From the NCBI GenBank assembly GCA_964016885.1, contig OZ024742.1:94736001-94800000 (forward strand): DNA of 64,000 nucleotides, given 5' to 3'. The notes beneath the pieces are model-generated. The model had not been told where the DNA came from. It saw only the letters and a list, made by a program, of their open reading frames with translations, and did no database searches. Position 1 is the stretch's first letter; every line of letters begins with the position of its first letter. Source of the stretch: Eledone cirrhosa (Eukaryota). Made by a program: the position numbers and the translations under genes. Of this stretch, positions 52,511 through 64,000 are shown one piece after another.

Positions 52511-53439
52511 TCTTAGTATATATATATTTGTAATAAAATAAGCTTTGCTTTTTTTCTGTAATTATTGAGAATAAACTATGATGGTTATGTCTGAGTAAAC
52601 ACAAAGTCTATTAAATGCTTACTGGCAAACCAACACTTCTCTAAGCAGTACATTGCTGAATCCATTAATAGACCTTGTACACTCCAATAGACTTTAATTT
52701 TGCTTTATTTTAACTACACTAATCCCTAATCTTAATGTCACTTCATATACTAAATAATATTTCATATTCCTTATTTTAATATTTTCATCTGCTGATAAAA
52801 TCAAATAAAATAGAAATTATTTTTATGGCTGGAAAGATACAAATATATGGGGATATGAGAAAGTAAGCAATGTCATATAAGTATGTGTGATCTGAACTGA
52901 GATGTGTCATGTATATCTTCTAGAGAGCTCAACTTCATATTTGTGTGCATAGGTACAGGCAGGGCAGCATTGTTAAGGAGTTAGCTTCACATCTATGTTG
53001 ATTCATGTTCTTAGTATGTGTAGAACCTTGGGCAAGTGTTTCCTACTCTAGCTTGGGATTGAACTAGCCTGAAATGTCACTTCAATTTAAAAAAAAAAAA
53101 CGAAATTATTGAATTAGATCTAGCTGATATACTAAGCTGGCTAAATCACTATATTGAAATACATACAAGCTGAGAAAAAAGATGATGAAACTTCTCTATT
53201 TTAAATAACAGATGGGCAAATTTATTGCATCATTAGAACAGAATAAAATGCTTTGCAGTTATCTATTCTATGAGTTTAAATCTCACGAAGATCAAATTTT
53301 TCTTTCATCCTTCTGGAGGCAATGAAATTAAGTACCTGTTCAGTATAGAGGACTGGTGGAATTGTGGGAGCATCAAACGAAATATCTTGGAGTATTTGCT
53401 GACAAGTTTTGGTTTTCAATTTTGTGCATGAATGATGAT

Positions 53440-53612
53440 CACTGACTGAAGAAATGACAGGAAATCTCAGTTGTATGATGCTGCATTAGAGATAGACCAA
53501 GGAAGATCTGGTTAGAGATGGTGAAAGCTGATGTCAAATTGCTGAGACTCACTGAAGAGATGATAAAGGAACACAATGTATGGAGAGATGGATGTGAGGA
53601 GTATGATGATGG
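53440..53612 (+). mobile_element. RTE LINE C-terminal stub
   Basis: RDRPRKIWLEMVKADVKLLRLTEEMIKEHNVWRDG. Confidence 0.65.
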
Positions 53613-55729
53613 TGTGTGTTTATATAATATATATATGGGTGTGTGTGTGCAAGGTCTTTCACCACTTAAAAAAACCTTCAAAACACTGCTTGTTTAGGAT
53701 ATGTTACAGGTTCGTGTGGTTGGCCATAGCCTAAAAGTGCACCAAACTCTATAATCTGACAAGTGATTGCAATACACTTAGTAAAGTTTGCAGCCATCGT
53801 ATATATGCATGTCTTTTATGCAGTTCACATGGGACTTTCTGAAAATCTGTTGTGTAGAACCGATATACTAGTAATATGCACAAATGCATCTTCATCTATT
53901 ATCAAAAGACATAACAGTAAATTATAGGGCCACTATCAAAAACACGATCACCATTTGACAGTGAGTGAACGTCTATAATATGCCTACACACATAATATGT
54001 GTGTGTATATACTTATGTGTGTGTGTGTATATTTACAAATCACCTGTTGCTACCCTTCTTGCTGACTACATACCACATGATATCTTGCACCAAAAGATAT
54101 CCAAAATTATTGGAATATCCAAACGGGTTCTTACACAGTAAAATTTAATTGGGACCTCAAAGTAAATTAGGTAAGTTTTTATATAATTTGCTTTTCTCAC
54201 TTTACACATATATATATATATATCATTATCGTTTAATATCTATTCTGCACACTGCCATGGATATGTGTATATATATGCATGCATATAGTGATAGAAAGGG
54301 CATCCAGCTATAGAAAACTTGCCAAAAAAATGATGTGAGCCTCTTTATCTGTGTCAATGATATAGACTTCCTCGTCTTGGTGTCATGATAATATTTACTC
54401 AGTAGAGTCTAGGAAGATGATATGCAGGTCTCTCTCCCATCAGAGCAGTCTCTGATGATATACCCAAGCCTTGCTAGCTGGGGAAAATGGACATTAAATG
54501 ATAATGATATGGAAGCAATAAAAGCCAGTTAGACACTTACTCACCAAAGTACTCAATTCTTGGGGTATTAGATTGGATAATACGAAAAATTTGAGGCCCC
54601 AACAGTTAGATCCAAACAGTGATTGGATCTAGCTGTTGAAACAGCCAGAACTCAGCTGTCGGGGTCTTGAATCTTTCATATATATATATATATGTATATA
54701 TTCATAGTTACAAACCTTGAATTTCATAACAGAAAGGATCTAAAGATTATGTGACATTTCTGGCATTGAAACATTTGTGAATGTTTCTGAAGTAAATTAT
54801 TTACAATTGGAAATTGAAAATGTATTGCTGGTATAATTCTCACTTGTCACTTAACTTTGGTCTTTGGCATGTCTGTATGCCAAAATATAATGAAGAGGGT
54901 GTATCTAATACAGCACTCTAACAACTTTGCTAATTCACCACCTAAAATATTGATAAAGTTAGACTGTAGCAATAATGGGGCTACACTTTGATTTAGTTGA
55001 TCATTATGACCCCAGTAGTAATTTTTACAATCTGGTACTTCTTTAAACAGTCTCTTTATTGCCAAGACATTAAGTTATGGAACATAGACACAAATGTAAA
55101 CTCAGACATGTACACACATACCTATGCATATATCATCATCATCATTTAATGTCTACTTTACTTGCTAACAATTGTTAGACAGGTTTTCATAGACTGAGCT
55201 CATACTCAAGCAGAGCTACTGTCCTCTGAGATGGGCCGAGGATATGTATATATATTCATATATTTACACAACAGGCTTCTGCAGTTTCCATCCAGCTGAT
55301 TACACACAACAAGGCTTTGGTTAACTTGAGGCTAGAGTAGAAGACAGTTGTCCAAGGTGTTGTGCAGTAGAAGTGAACACAGAAATGTGGTTGCAAAGCG
55401 AATTCCTTAACCACAGTCATGCCTGCACCTATCACATGGCCATGCCTGAAAACAAAATAAAACAAAACCCCATAATAAAAACACAATAAACAATAAAAAG
55501 AACATCTCATAGAGCAGAGAATAAAATTAGAGAAATAAAATAGCAAGTAATGAAGAAATTGAACAACATTAAAGTTCTTTTCCTGCCCAGTTGTTTTCAA
55601 TGTCTGCTTGAATCAAATATTTTTGGCAAAAAACAGAAATAGGATTAAAATAACAAAACATAAAAAAACAAAAAAACATCTGCTGGAGGCCAAAATGAGT
55701 TGTAGAGGATTAAAATCAGTGGAGAATAC

Positions 55730-56085
55730 AATTAAAGGAGCTGGTGTGGGTGGTATAGAGGTTTAGTTGGTGTAAGTGTGGTGATAGTGGGGTGTTGGTG
55801 ATGTAAAAGAGGTTGTGATGGTCTTGTGTTAGTGGTATAGTGTTGGTGCTATAGTACTGTTGGTAGGCAGCAAGTGATGGAGTGGCGGTGTATGTAGAAC
55901 TTAGGGATATAGTAGTGATAGTTATTCTGTTGTAGTGGCAGTGATTGGAAAAATGTGATGCTGATGGTGTGGTGATAGTTATGTGGTAGTGACTGTAATG
56001 GTAGTTTTGATGGTGGTGGTGCAGATGGTATGCCAATAGTGATGGTGAGGGGACAAGAGTAGGGTGATGTGGTGGTGATGGTGGA
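55730..56085. repeat. Degenerate (TGG/TAG/TGA)n low-complexity tract
   Basis: Directly visible GT-rich trinucleotide mosaic. Confidence 0.8.
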
Positions 56086-56252
56086 CAGGAAAGCAATTTT
56101 ATTGTGTAATCTGTTCATTGAATCAAGTAATAGAATGTTGTGTATATCTAGAATTGTTTTCTAGATTAGCACAAGCACACCTGATATGAATGTATGAATG
56201 TGTGTGTGTATATATATTCTTTTTTTTCAAATAATAAACAACACAATATAAT

Positions 56253-56326
56253 TATTCCATTACCAAAGGTTTCAAGAAACTAGACGATCCTTACAGAAAC
56301 GTCCAGCTCGTTCATCAGATGAAATA
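56253..56326 (-). ncRNA. Type I hammerhead ribozyme with complete core
   Basis: TATTTCAT-CTGATGA-[gagctggacg...cgtctagttt hairpin]-GAA-ACC(ttt)GGT-A-ATGGAATA; helix I 8 bp including one GU. Confidence 0.75.
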
Positions 56327-56914
56327 GTTGTTTTGGATATAAGATTTGAAATTAATATCCATTAAAAATGGAAAAAATAAAGAAAATAAAAATAAAAATA
56401 CAATAAGTATACATAGAATGGAAGATACAGTACTTGGCCAGACAGTCAGATGCACACATATATACACATACAAATATAAACACACACATACACACACACA
56501 TATATAAACACACATATGCATATATATTAGCACTCAATATGTGTATTGTGTGTAATGTTGTGTATATATGTGTATGTCTACATTGTATTTTGTATATATC
56601 TTTACACCGACTTATATTGTAATTGTGCACGTGTATGTGTGTGTGTGTGTGCATGCGTGCATGTATATATATATATATATATATATATTTGTATGTATAT
56701 GTGTGTATATGTATATATATGTGTGTATGTGTTTTTTTATATGTATGTATATGTGTGTATGTGTTTTTTTATATGTATGTATGTATATGTGTGTGTGTTT
56801 ATATTTATATGTATATATATATATATGTGTGTGTGTGCATGTGATTGTCTGGCCAAGTACTGTATCTTTCATTTTATAAATCCTTATTTAATTTTTTTAT
56901 TTGATGTGTGTTTG

Positions 56915-57275
56915 TTGAAGAGGCAGGCCCAGGAAGACATGGGATGAGGTTGTAAGGACTGAACTTAGAAAATTGAACCTTACAACACACATTCCCTGCA
57001 ACTTCCCCTGCTTCCCCCCATGAAGTGGTTGGGGATAGGAAGGGCATCCGGCTGTAGAACACTTGCCAAACAAAAGATTGGGAGGACCCTTAGTTATGTC
57101 AAAGGCATGACAACCTCTCCTTAACACTTAATGGAAGATGAAACTACATAAGTGCACAGGTCCCTGGCCTGCCTGGGAGATCTGTGGCTCTACTTCAGTA
57201 CTGACTTGGACTAAGTGAACCCATGTAAACCTTGTTAGCAGGGAAAATGGATGTTAAAACAACGACGATGATGAT
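56915..57275 (+). mobile_element. RTE LINE 3' end with UTR
   Basis: RGRPRKTWDEVVRTELRKLNLT followed by a UTR ending ggaaaatggatgttaaaac...gatgatgat. Confidence 0.75.
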
Positions 57276-57917
57276 AATTATATATGTGTATATATATATA
57301 TGTATATATGTATATATATATATATAGTCAAGTTTTTCCGTAGGCTACACAACGGAGAAAGAGGGCCCTGCGTTAAGTACAGAGACAATTATGTTATAGA
57401 TAATTTGTCAAAACAGTCTCTTGCTAGCTAAAGTGTCAAAACCTATTCTAGCATAGGTCAAATAGGTACATTATATGCTAGTGATGCTTAACCTTTGGGT
57501 AAGAGTAAGATAGCATCATAGTCTTGCCAGAAAGATAAGCACCTTAGTATATACAGAGTCTATATAAACCTATGCTTTAGTAAACTTTGAAACCTTTGGT
57601 AACTAACAACTGTATAGAGGAATTATTATCGTACACATGCATACCCTCCTCCCCCTTCCTTGGCTTAAAGATTCACAGTTCTTAGCCAGTATCTGGGAGA
57701 TACAGTGTTTGATTCCTCGTAGCAGCCAGTAGCAACTTCTTTCAATGGTTGTGTCCCAACATGGCCTCAGACAGTCAGCTGGAACAGTTAAAAGAGTAAA
57801 AGAGAATATGTATATATGTATGAGTGTATACAAATGAGAAAATGTATTCAATACTTGGTTTATATATACAAATACTTATGTGTTGTATCATATTTGTACA
57901 TATACTTATACATTATC

Positions 57918-58737
57918 GTGTGTGTGTATGTATATATGTATATATATATACATACATATATACACATATACATACACATACACACACATACATATACATA
58001 CATATACATACATACATACATATACATACACATACATACATACATACATATACATACATACATATACACACACATACATACATACATACATATATATACA
58101 CATACATACACATATATACATACATACATACATATACACATACATACATATATATACATACATACATATATATACACATACATACATACATGTATATATG
58201 TATGTATGTATATGTATATGTGTATGTATGTGTGTATGTATGTATATGTATATATGTATGTATATGTATGTGTATGTATGTATATGTATGTATGTATATG
58301 TATATGTGTATGTGTATGTATGTATATGTATATGTGTATGTGTATGTATGTATATGTGTATATGTATGTGTATGTATGTATATGTATGTATATATGTGTA
58401 TGTATGTGTATGTATGTATGTGTATGTGTATGTATATGTATGTATATGTATATGTATGTATATGTATATGTATGTATATATGTGTGTATGTATGTATGTA
58501 TGTATGTATATGTATGTATGTATATGTGTATATGTATGTATGTATATGTATGTATATGTATATATCTATGTATGTATGTATATGTGTATGTATGTATGTG
58601 TGTATGTATGTATATGTGTATGTATGTATATGTATGTATGTATGTATATATATATGTATGTATGTATATGTATGTGTGTGTGCATGTGTGTATATATATT
58701 TGTATATATACATGTATGTATATATACATGTATATAC
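57918..58737. repeat. Compound TACA/TGTA microsatellite with a strand switch at ~58190
   Basis: Directly visible. Confidence 0.95.
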
Positions 58738-58984
58738 CGGGAGAGATGACCCCTTAGCCTTTGTCAAGGCAGAATTCTAGGAGAAGGAAAACTCTGATAT
58801 AACACCTGCAACCCTGATGGTATCCAATGATGTTGACCTGTTCTTCTTTTTGGTAAATATCATCTTGGTTAAGAGAGTGGGACTGGCTTTGTGCAGTGCC
58901 TTTGCTCACTATAAAAGCTTCACAGCACAGGCATTGCTTTATATCTGGAGATCTCTCTGCACTTGTCATCACATGGTACCATGG

Positions 58985-59145
58985 GCCCTGCACTATGTGT
59001 CAATAATGGTCACAAGTGTAGTCTTTGTACCAGAGTTTTCAAGTCGCTGGCTGGACTAAAGTCACATTCGTTCAGCGCATCGGTAGGGGTTCTCCTACAT
59101 GGATATAAAGTAGTGGCCGTACTCGAAAACGAGTTGGCAGCCACC
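58985..59145 (+). mobile_element. LINE 3' stub with a C-terminal zinc-finger-like motif (RTE/BovB-like)
   Basis: HKCSLCTRVFKSLAGLKSH followed by a short UTR ending in (AT)n. Confidence 0.55.
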
Positions 59146-59230
59146 ATATATATATACACACACACACATATGCATAGACCTACATATGTATATAATAATC
59201 TTTTTTTTTTAAGTGTTGAGTTAATATGTA

Positions 59231-59446
59231 TTTATTGAAAATTAAGTTAGAAGCTTCAATGTATTTTTTTACTATGAAATAAGTCTAACCCTTTAGTCAT
59301 AAAAGCCTTTGGGCAGACAAAACTGGTCATTGTCGCTCCAGCGACTGTCAATTTTTTTCTGTTCTGGGACTTTTATGTCCAATGTGCTAGATTGTTTTTC
59401 ATAGTAAAAAAAATATGCTTAAGCTTCTAAATTAATTTTCAATAAA
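59231..59446. repeat. Imperfect foldback palindrome (MITE-like)
   Basis: Arms complementary: tttattgaaaattaa/ttaattttcaataaa and ttttactatgaaa/tttcatagtaaaa; centre gtcgctccagcgac. Confidence 0.75.
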
Positions 59447-59540
59447 ACTCACACACACATATATAGTTGTAATATTTTCCCAACTGTTTTTTAAATTAGA
59501 TTACAGTTTCAGAGATGTTCAGACATGTGGTTTATGTCCT

Positions 59541-59622
59541 TTAATAGATTCTGAAGAAAGCAATACAGAGGAAAAAATGTATTTCCTTACTGTATTGAAA
59601 GAAACGTTCATAAATCAATTAA
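59541..59622 (+). ncRNA. Type I hammerhead ribozyme with decayed helix III
   Basis: TTAATAGATT-CTGAAGA-[caatacag/ctgtattg plus aggaaa/tttcct]-GAAAC-GTTC-ATA-AATCAATTAA; helix I 9 of 10 bp. Confidence 0.6.
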
Positions 59623-59673
59623 TTTGTTAAATGTAATTTAATCTTGGTTATTTTTATTTATTATATATAAATA

Positions 59674-62290
59674 TCATCATCATAATCATGTCCACTTCTC
59701 TATATTTGAATGGGTTGGATTGGTCCTGCACAGCATGGGATCTCTCCACTTGTCACTTTCTTTTGCCAGTCCTAGCGAGTTGAGGTGTACTCTCACAACA
59801 TCTGCTCAAGTCTTTCTTGGTCGTCCTCTATTGCGGCTTCTTTCCACTGATATTTTCCAACGAAACATGGCTGCTTCATTTCTCTCCAGTCTACACATAT
59901 CCTCTGTTGTCACAGCCCATGTTTCACTATCATGCAGCATTTCACACTGCACACGAGCATCACACAGCCTTCTTTTTGTACATAGGGAAAAACCTTTTGT
60001 TATCAGCAGTGGGAGCAGCTCTCTAAACATTTTCAAACCTATCCATATTCTAGATATTATAATCTCGGCGGATCCTCCTCTGCTGCAAATTAGATCACCT
60101 AGATAGTGAAAGTTTTCAACCATGATTATGGATCCGTCCTGTGACTAGAAAAGTTTTATATCATTAGTAGTCTCCATCTTGATTTCTACTGTGCATTTTC
60201 TACAAGCAAAGTTCTCCCTCCCTTTTTGTCTACTTGTTATCCGACTACATCTTTTGTGTACTCAAGATTTACATAGTGTACATTGCATGGAATTTATGCC
60301 AACTCCTTTTCTGCCTATTGAGCATGGCTACTTCGCTGAGAGAATATGGGTCCTGTCTTCTCTCCTACTTAATCTCAGACCTTTTGATTCCAAATCCACT
60401 TTCAATAATCAGAATTTATTTTCTAGCTCATTTTGGTTTCAGCTATAAGGACAAAATCATCCACATAGAGAAGCCTCCATAAGCAGCTTTTTAAAATTCC
60501 TCTGCTATGGCCTGGTGAACTATGATGAACAGCAGTGGGCTAAGAACTGAACCTTGATGAACTCCTACCTGTATCTTGAATTCCTCACTAAACTCATTTA
60601 CTACTTTACTGACAGCTCATCTGTACATAGCTTGCAGTGCTCTCACATCTAATTTCCTTAAGTTTCACCAGAAAATAGATCGAGGGACTCTGTCAAAAGC
60701 CTTCTCTAGTTCAACAAAAGCTAAATATAGGGGTTTATTTTTGGCTAGGAACTTCTCTTGTAGTTGCCTCACTAAGATGAGGGCATCTGTAGTACTTTTT
60801 CCAGGAATGAAACTAAACTCTATCTCATCTATTTTGACTCTTTCCCTAATTAGCTGCACTATAACACTTTCTGTCACTTTCATAATTTCTAGAGAATCAG
60901 CTTTGCCCTTGTAACAATTTATGATAGTACTGCTGCACCAGTCATTGGGTATGACTCCATCATGTATTACTTGATTTATTAAACAGGTTACTATTTTGAC
61001 TCCTACCTCACCCAATGCTTTTAGCATCACAGCAACTATTTTTGATGGTCCCACAGCTTTACTATTTTGCATCTTTGAACCTAAAACTATCAGCTCCAAT
61101 ATTAAGTCCTTCCTTAGTTAAAGGTAGGAGTAGTTTCTCTTTCTCCCATTCATTCTTTACATTCATCAATTTCTAATAGTAACATTTCCAGGCCTCTTTC
61201 TTTTGGGCATCATCAGTGCACCAGCACCATTTCTAATACATTTTCCCTAACATCTTGATTCACACTGAACATGCTACCTTGCAATATGTAACACTTCACA
61301 CCTTTGATCATCATGTCTCAAGACATTGCCAAATTTACTTTCTTCAGCTCTGAGCTGTGTATACCTGGTGCTTAGCTTCTTTCTTAGCTGCTTGATACCA
61401 GTCTCTGATACCCCCATTTTCCAGTCTTTCCATGCCTGTTTCATTGCTTTAATGTTTGCATCTACTATGCTGTTCCACCACCAGGTCACCCTCTGGCTGG
61501 CGCTCTACTCCAGCCGTAAGTCTTGCAAATAGTTCGGAAAAGGTTGTCGCATAAGAATTTCTAGTTGTCCTCTACATTATGTGTATCTACCTCATTATCA
61601 TTCACATCAAGTGCATCCTGTAGTATCTTTCTAAACCCATATTTAAGTGAGAGGTCTTTTAGCTTCCACACCCTCTGTCTCCATATTTTCCTGCATGTCT
61701 TCCTCTGTCTTTTGTTTATTTTAATGTCACTAATAACTAACTTGTGCTTGACAGTGCATTCTTCCCCAGAGAAGGCCTTAATATTTATTACAGTTCATTT
61801 GTCTTGTCTAACAAGAAAGTAATAGAACTAGCTTGTATATTTACCTGATTGATATGAAATCAGGTGGTTGGCTGGTTTCCTGAAACTTGTGTTGCAGATG
61901 GTTAGTTCATTTGCATCACAGAATTCTAGGACATTCAGCCCTCTTCATTCCTTGAGCCATAACCATAGCCACCATCAACTCCACTGAATCCATCTTGGAA
62001 CTGTTTCACATGTCCTTTAAAGTCGTCCATTAGAGTCGTTCACAGCTAGTAGAATGCCTACACATCCTACCCCATTGTCATTTTCTATGCAGTAGATTTT
62101 ATATCTAAGTTGCTTGCCCGTGATTAGTCTCACTGAGGCCCCCCCTCCCCCCCATCTCATTTCTTGTACACAGCATACATCTCCTCTTCTCTCTAACAGT
62201 TATAGAATTGCAACTGATTTGTCTTTCAGGTTACCAACATTGAGGGTGGCAGTCCTGAGATTTGTGCCTTGATAGTTATTTATTTTGTTA
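59674..62290 (-). mobile_element. Near full-length RTE LINE (APE + RT), decayed
   Basis: LRTATLNVG and DVCCVQE (APE); TWWWN; LYLAFVELEKAFDRVPR; FHYLGD; RGRPRKT; (TGA)n tail. Confidence 0.92.
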
Positions 62291-62456
62291 GAGGTTCTAA
62301 GTACTTGAAAAGGATAGTGGTTGTGCAATTGATATGTGTGTGAGAATGTGTCTAAACATAGACCCCCCACACCCTCACACACACATATATACATGCATAC
62401 ACATATACTTACATGCATAAGCATAAACATAAACCTACATATATACATAGATCTGC

Positions 62457-62502
<46 letters not shown>

Positions 62503-62992
62503 AATTGCCAAACTAGTTTAGTTATAGATTGCCTGTAGCACTCTGACACATCAATCATCAATTATGCTATCATTGGACCTCAACTGTTTCTCAGGAGTTA
62601 TATATATAACTTTGTTACATTGTCAGATCATATTTTCTTTATATTCATTATCCTAGCACAACTGTTACTAATTATACAACTCATTTGAAACACAGATACA
62701 GTGTATGTCTGAATTTCATCATCATCATCATATCGTTTTTATGCCTATTTTTCCATACTTGCATAGGTTGGCCAAGTCTTCTCCAGCACAGCTTCCTTCT
62801 CTTGTTGCATTCCTTCATCTTATTTGTGAGGTTTATTGTTCTGAAATTGGCTCTGAACACTCTTGTCCAGGATTTCCAGCAGTTTCCATCTACTAGGAAC
62901 ACTGGAACTTCACTCGATGATGATGATCATCATTTGTTATCCATTTTTCCATGCTTGCATGGGTTGAATGGGTCAGATCATCCATGATTCAT

Positions 62993-63192
62993 ATGGTCAG
63001 ATGGGGCTACAAGACCGGCCCAACCATCTGCGAATGCGGAGAGGAGGACCATACAATGCAGCACTGCCTTGTTTGCCCTCTACTAACCAACCAGTGCAAG
63101 ATCTCGCAAAATTTAATAATAATGCAAAGGACCGTGTAAAGAAATGGGAAACTGTCATATAACCACATGCTTCGAAGATACGAAAAGAAGAA
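62993..63192 (+). mobile_element. Vingi/Ingi-like LINE 3' stub with CCHC motif and TSD
   Basis: RWGY...CECGEEDHTMQHCLVCP; tail atacgaaaagaagaa; gattcat at 62986-62992 and 63193-63199; clade assignment is inference. Confidence 0.65.
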
Positions 63193-64000
63193 GATTCATC
63201 ATTCAAGTGCATGATCATTAAACATTAAACAGAGCATGCTCCCTTCATTTCTCTCCCACCTCCACCTATCCTCTGCATTCACTGCCTATGTCTCATTACT
63301 ATACAAGATAGCAATATAATAAACTACATTTTTCAAATTATATTTTGTTCTACCTATGCATTTTTACATTACTATTTGGTCAAGGAACCAGAAAATATCC
63401 CACTAAGCATATCATCTAATGATTCTGCCAATTTGCTAGACTTGTTGCAAATTGCAGCCAAATAAATTTCCCTAAAATGACACCTTACTTTCTTAGAAAA
63501 GGGATACCCTGTGCCTGGAAAAAGACTGGATGATATTATGTGGAAAATATTTAATAATATACCTGCTTCAATATGGGTTATCATGTAGCTAAACAATGAC
63601 AGCCTGAGCAAAGTTAACCACAGTAGGATTTGAACTCAGAATGTAAAAACCTGGAATATAAACTGCAAAGTGTCTTGTCCAATGCTTTAACAGTTTTACA
63701 AGTTCAACATTCAGGTTTGATATTTTATTGTCCCTGAAAGTTCATCTTGGTAGCAATTAAACTCAGGCACAGGGAACCAGCAAAAATATTCTGAGCTGCA
63801 AGATTAGTTTAACAAATCTTTCCTTCTTCTTGATAATAACTTAAGATGATGATGATCTCATTAACAACGACAACAATGGCTTTTAATTGAAGCATATGAC
63901 CAGCAGTTCTTGAAGGAAGGGTAAAGTTATTTAAATCAACTCCAGTATTTGTTTCACTATTTAATGTATTAAACCAGAAGAATGAAAAGATAAGTTGAAC

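Noticed and set aside
57816-58780. Overlapping ~300-aa ORFs rich in Y/I/H/T/M/C/V
   Set aside because: Stop-free microsatellite; the same artefact occurs at 5232-5649, 9846-10159, 26319-26567 and 56315-56947

Overview
AT-rich animal genomic DNA, almost entirely repeats, with no confidently recognisable intact host coding gene. The (TA)n/(CA)n/(CAT)n microsatellites, tRNA-derived CORE-type SINEs and abundant RTE LINEs suggest a cephalopod, probably Octopus (inference). Contents: a nearly complete Ty3/Gypsy LTR retrotransposon (41845-47507; ATAT target-site duplication, GGGAAAC -1 frameshift site); a decayed hAT/Charlie-type transposon interrupted by a Penelope element; CRE, CR1, RTE and Vingi/Ingi-like LINE fragments; many SINEs and small MITEs. 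The main observation is about 13 type I hammerhead ribozyme motifs read by eye. Six have a complete core (two with a compensatory U3-A8 pair, two with a ~80-100 nt helix II domain) and the rest are decayed. Most lie in palindromic, (TA)n-associated Penelope-type terminal modules. Also notable: a palindrome carrying two convergent tRNA-like Pol III units, and CpG-poor flanks around a CpG-retaining centre with a few candidate exons. All structures were paired manually; no folding or database searches were run.
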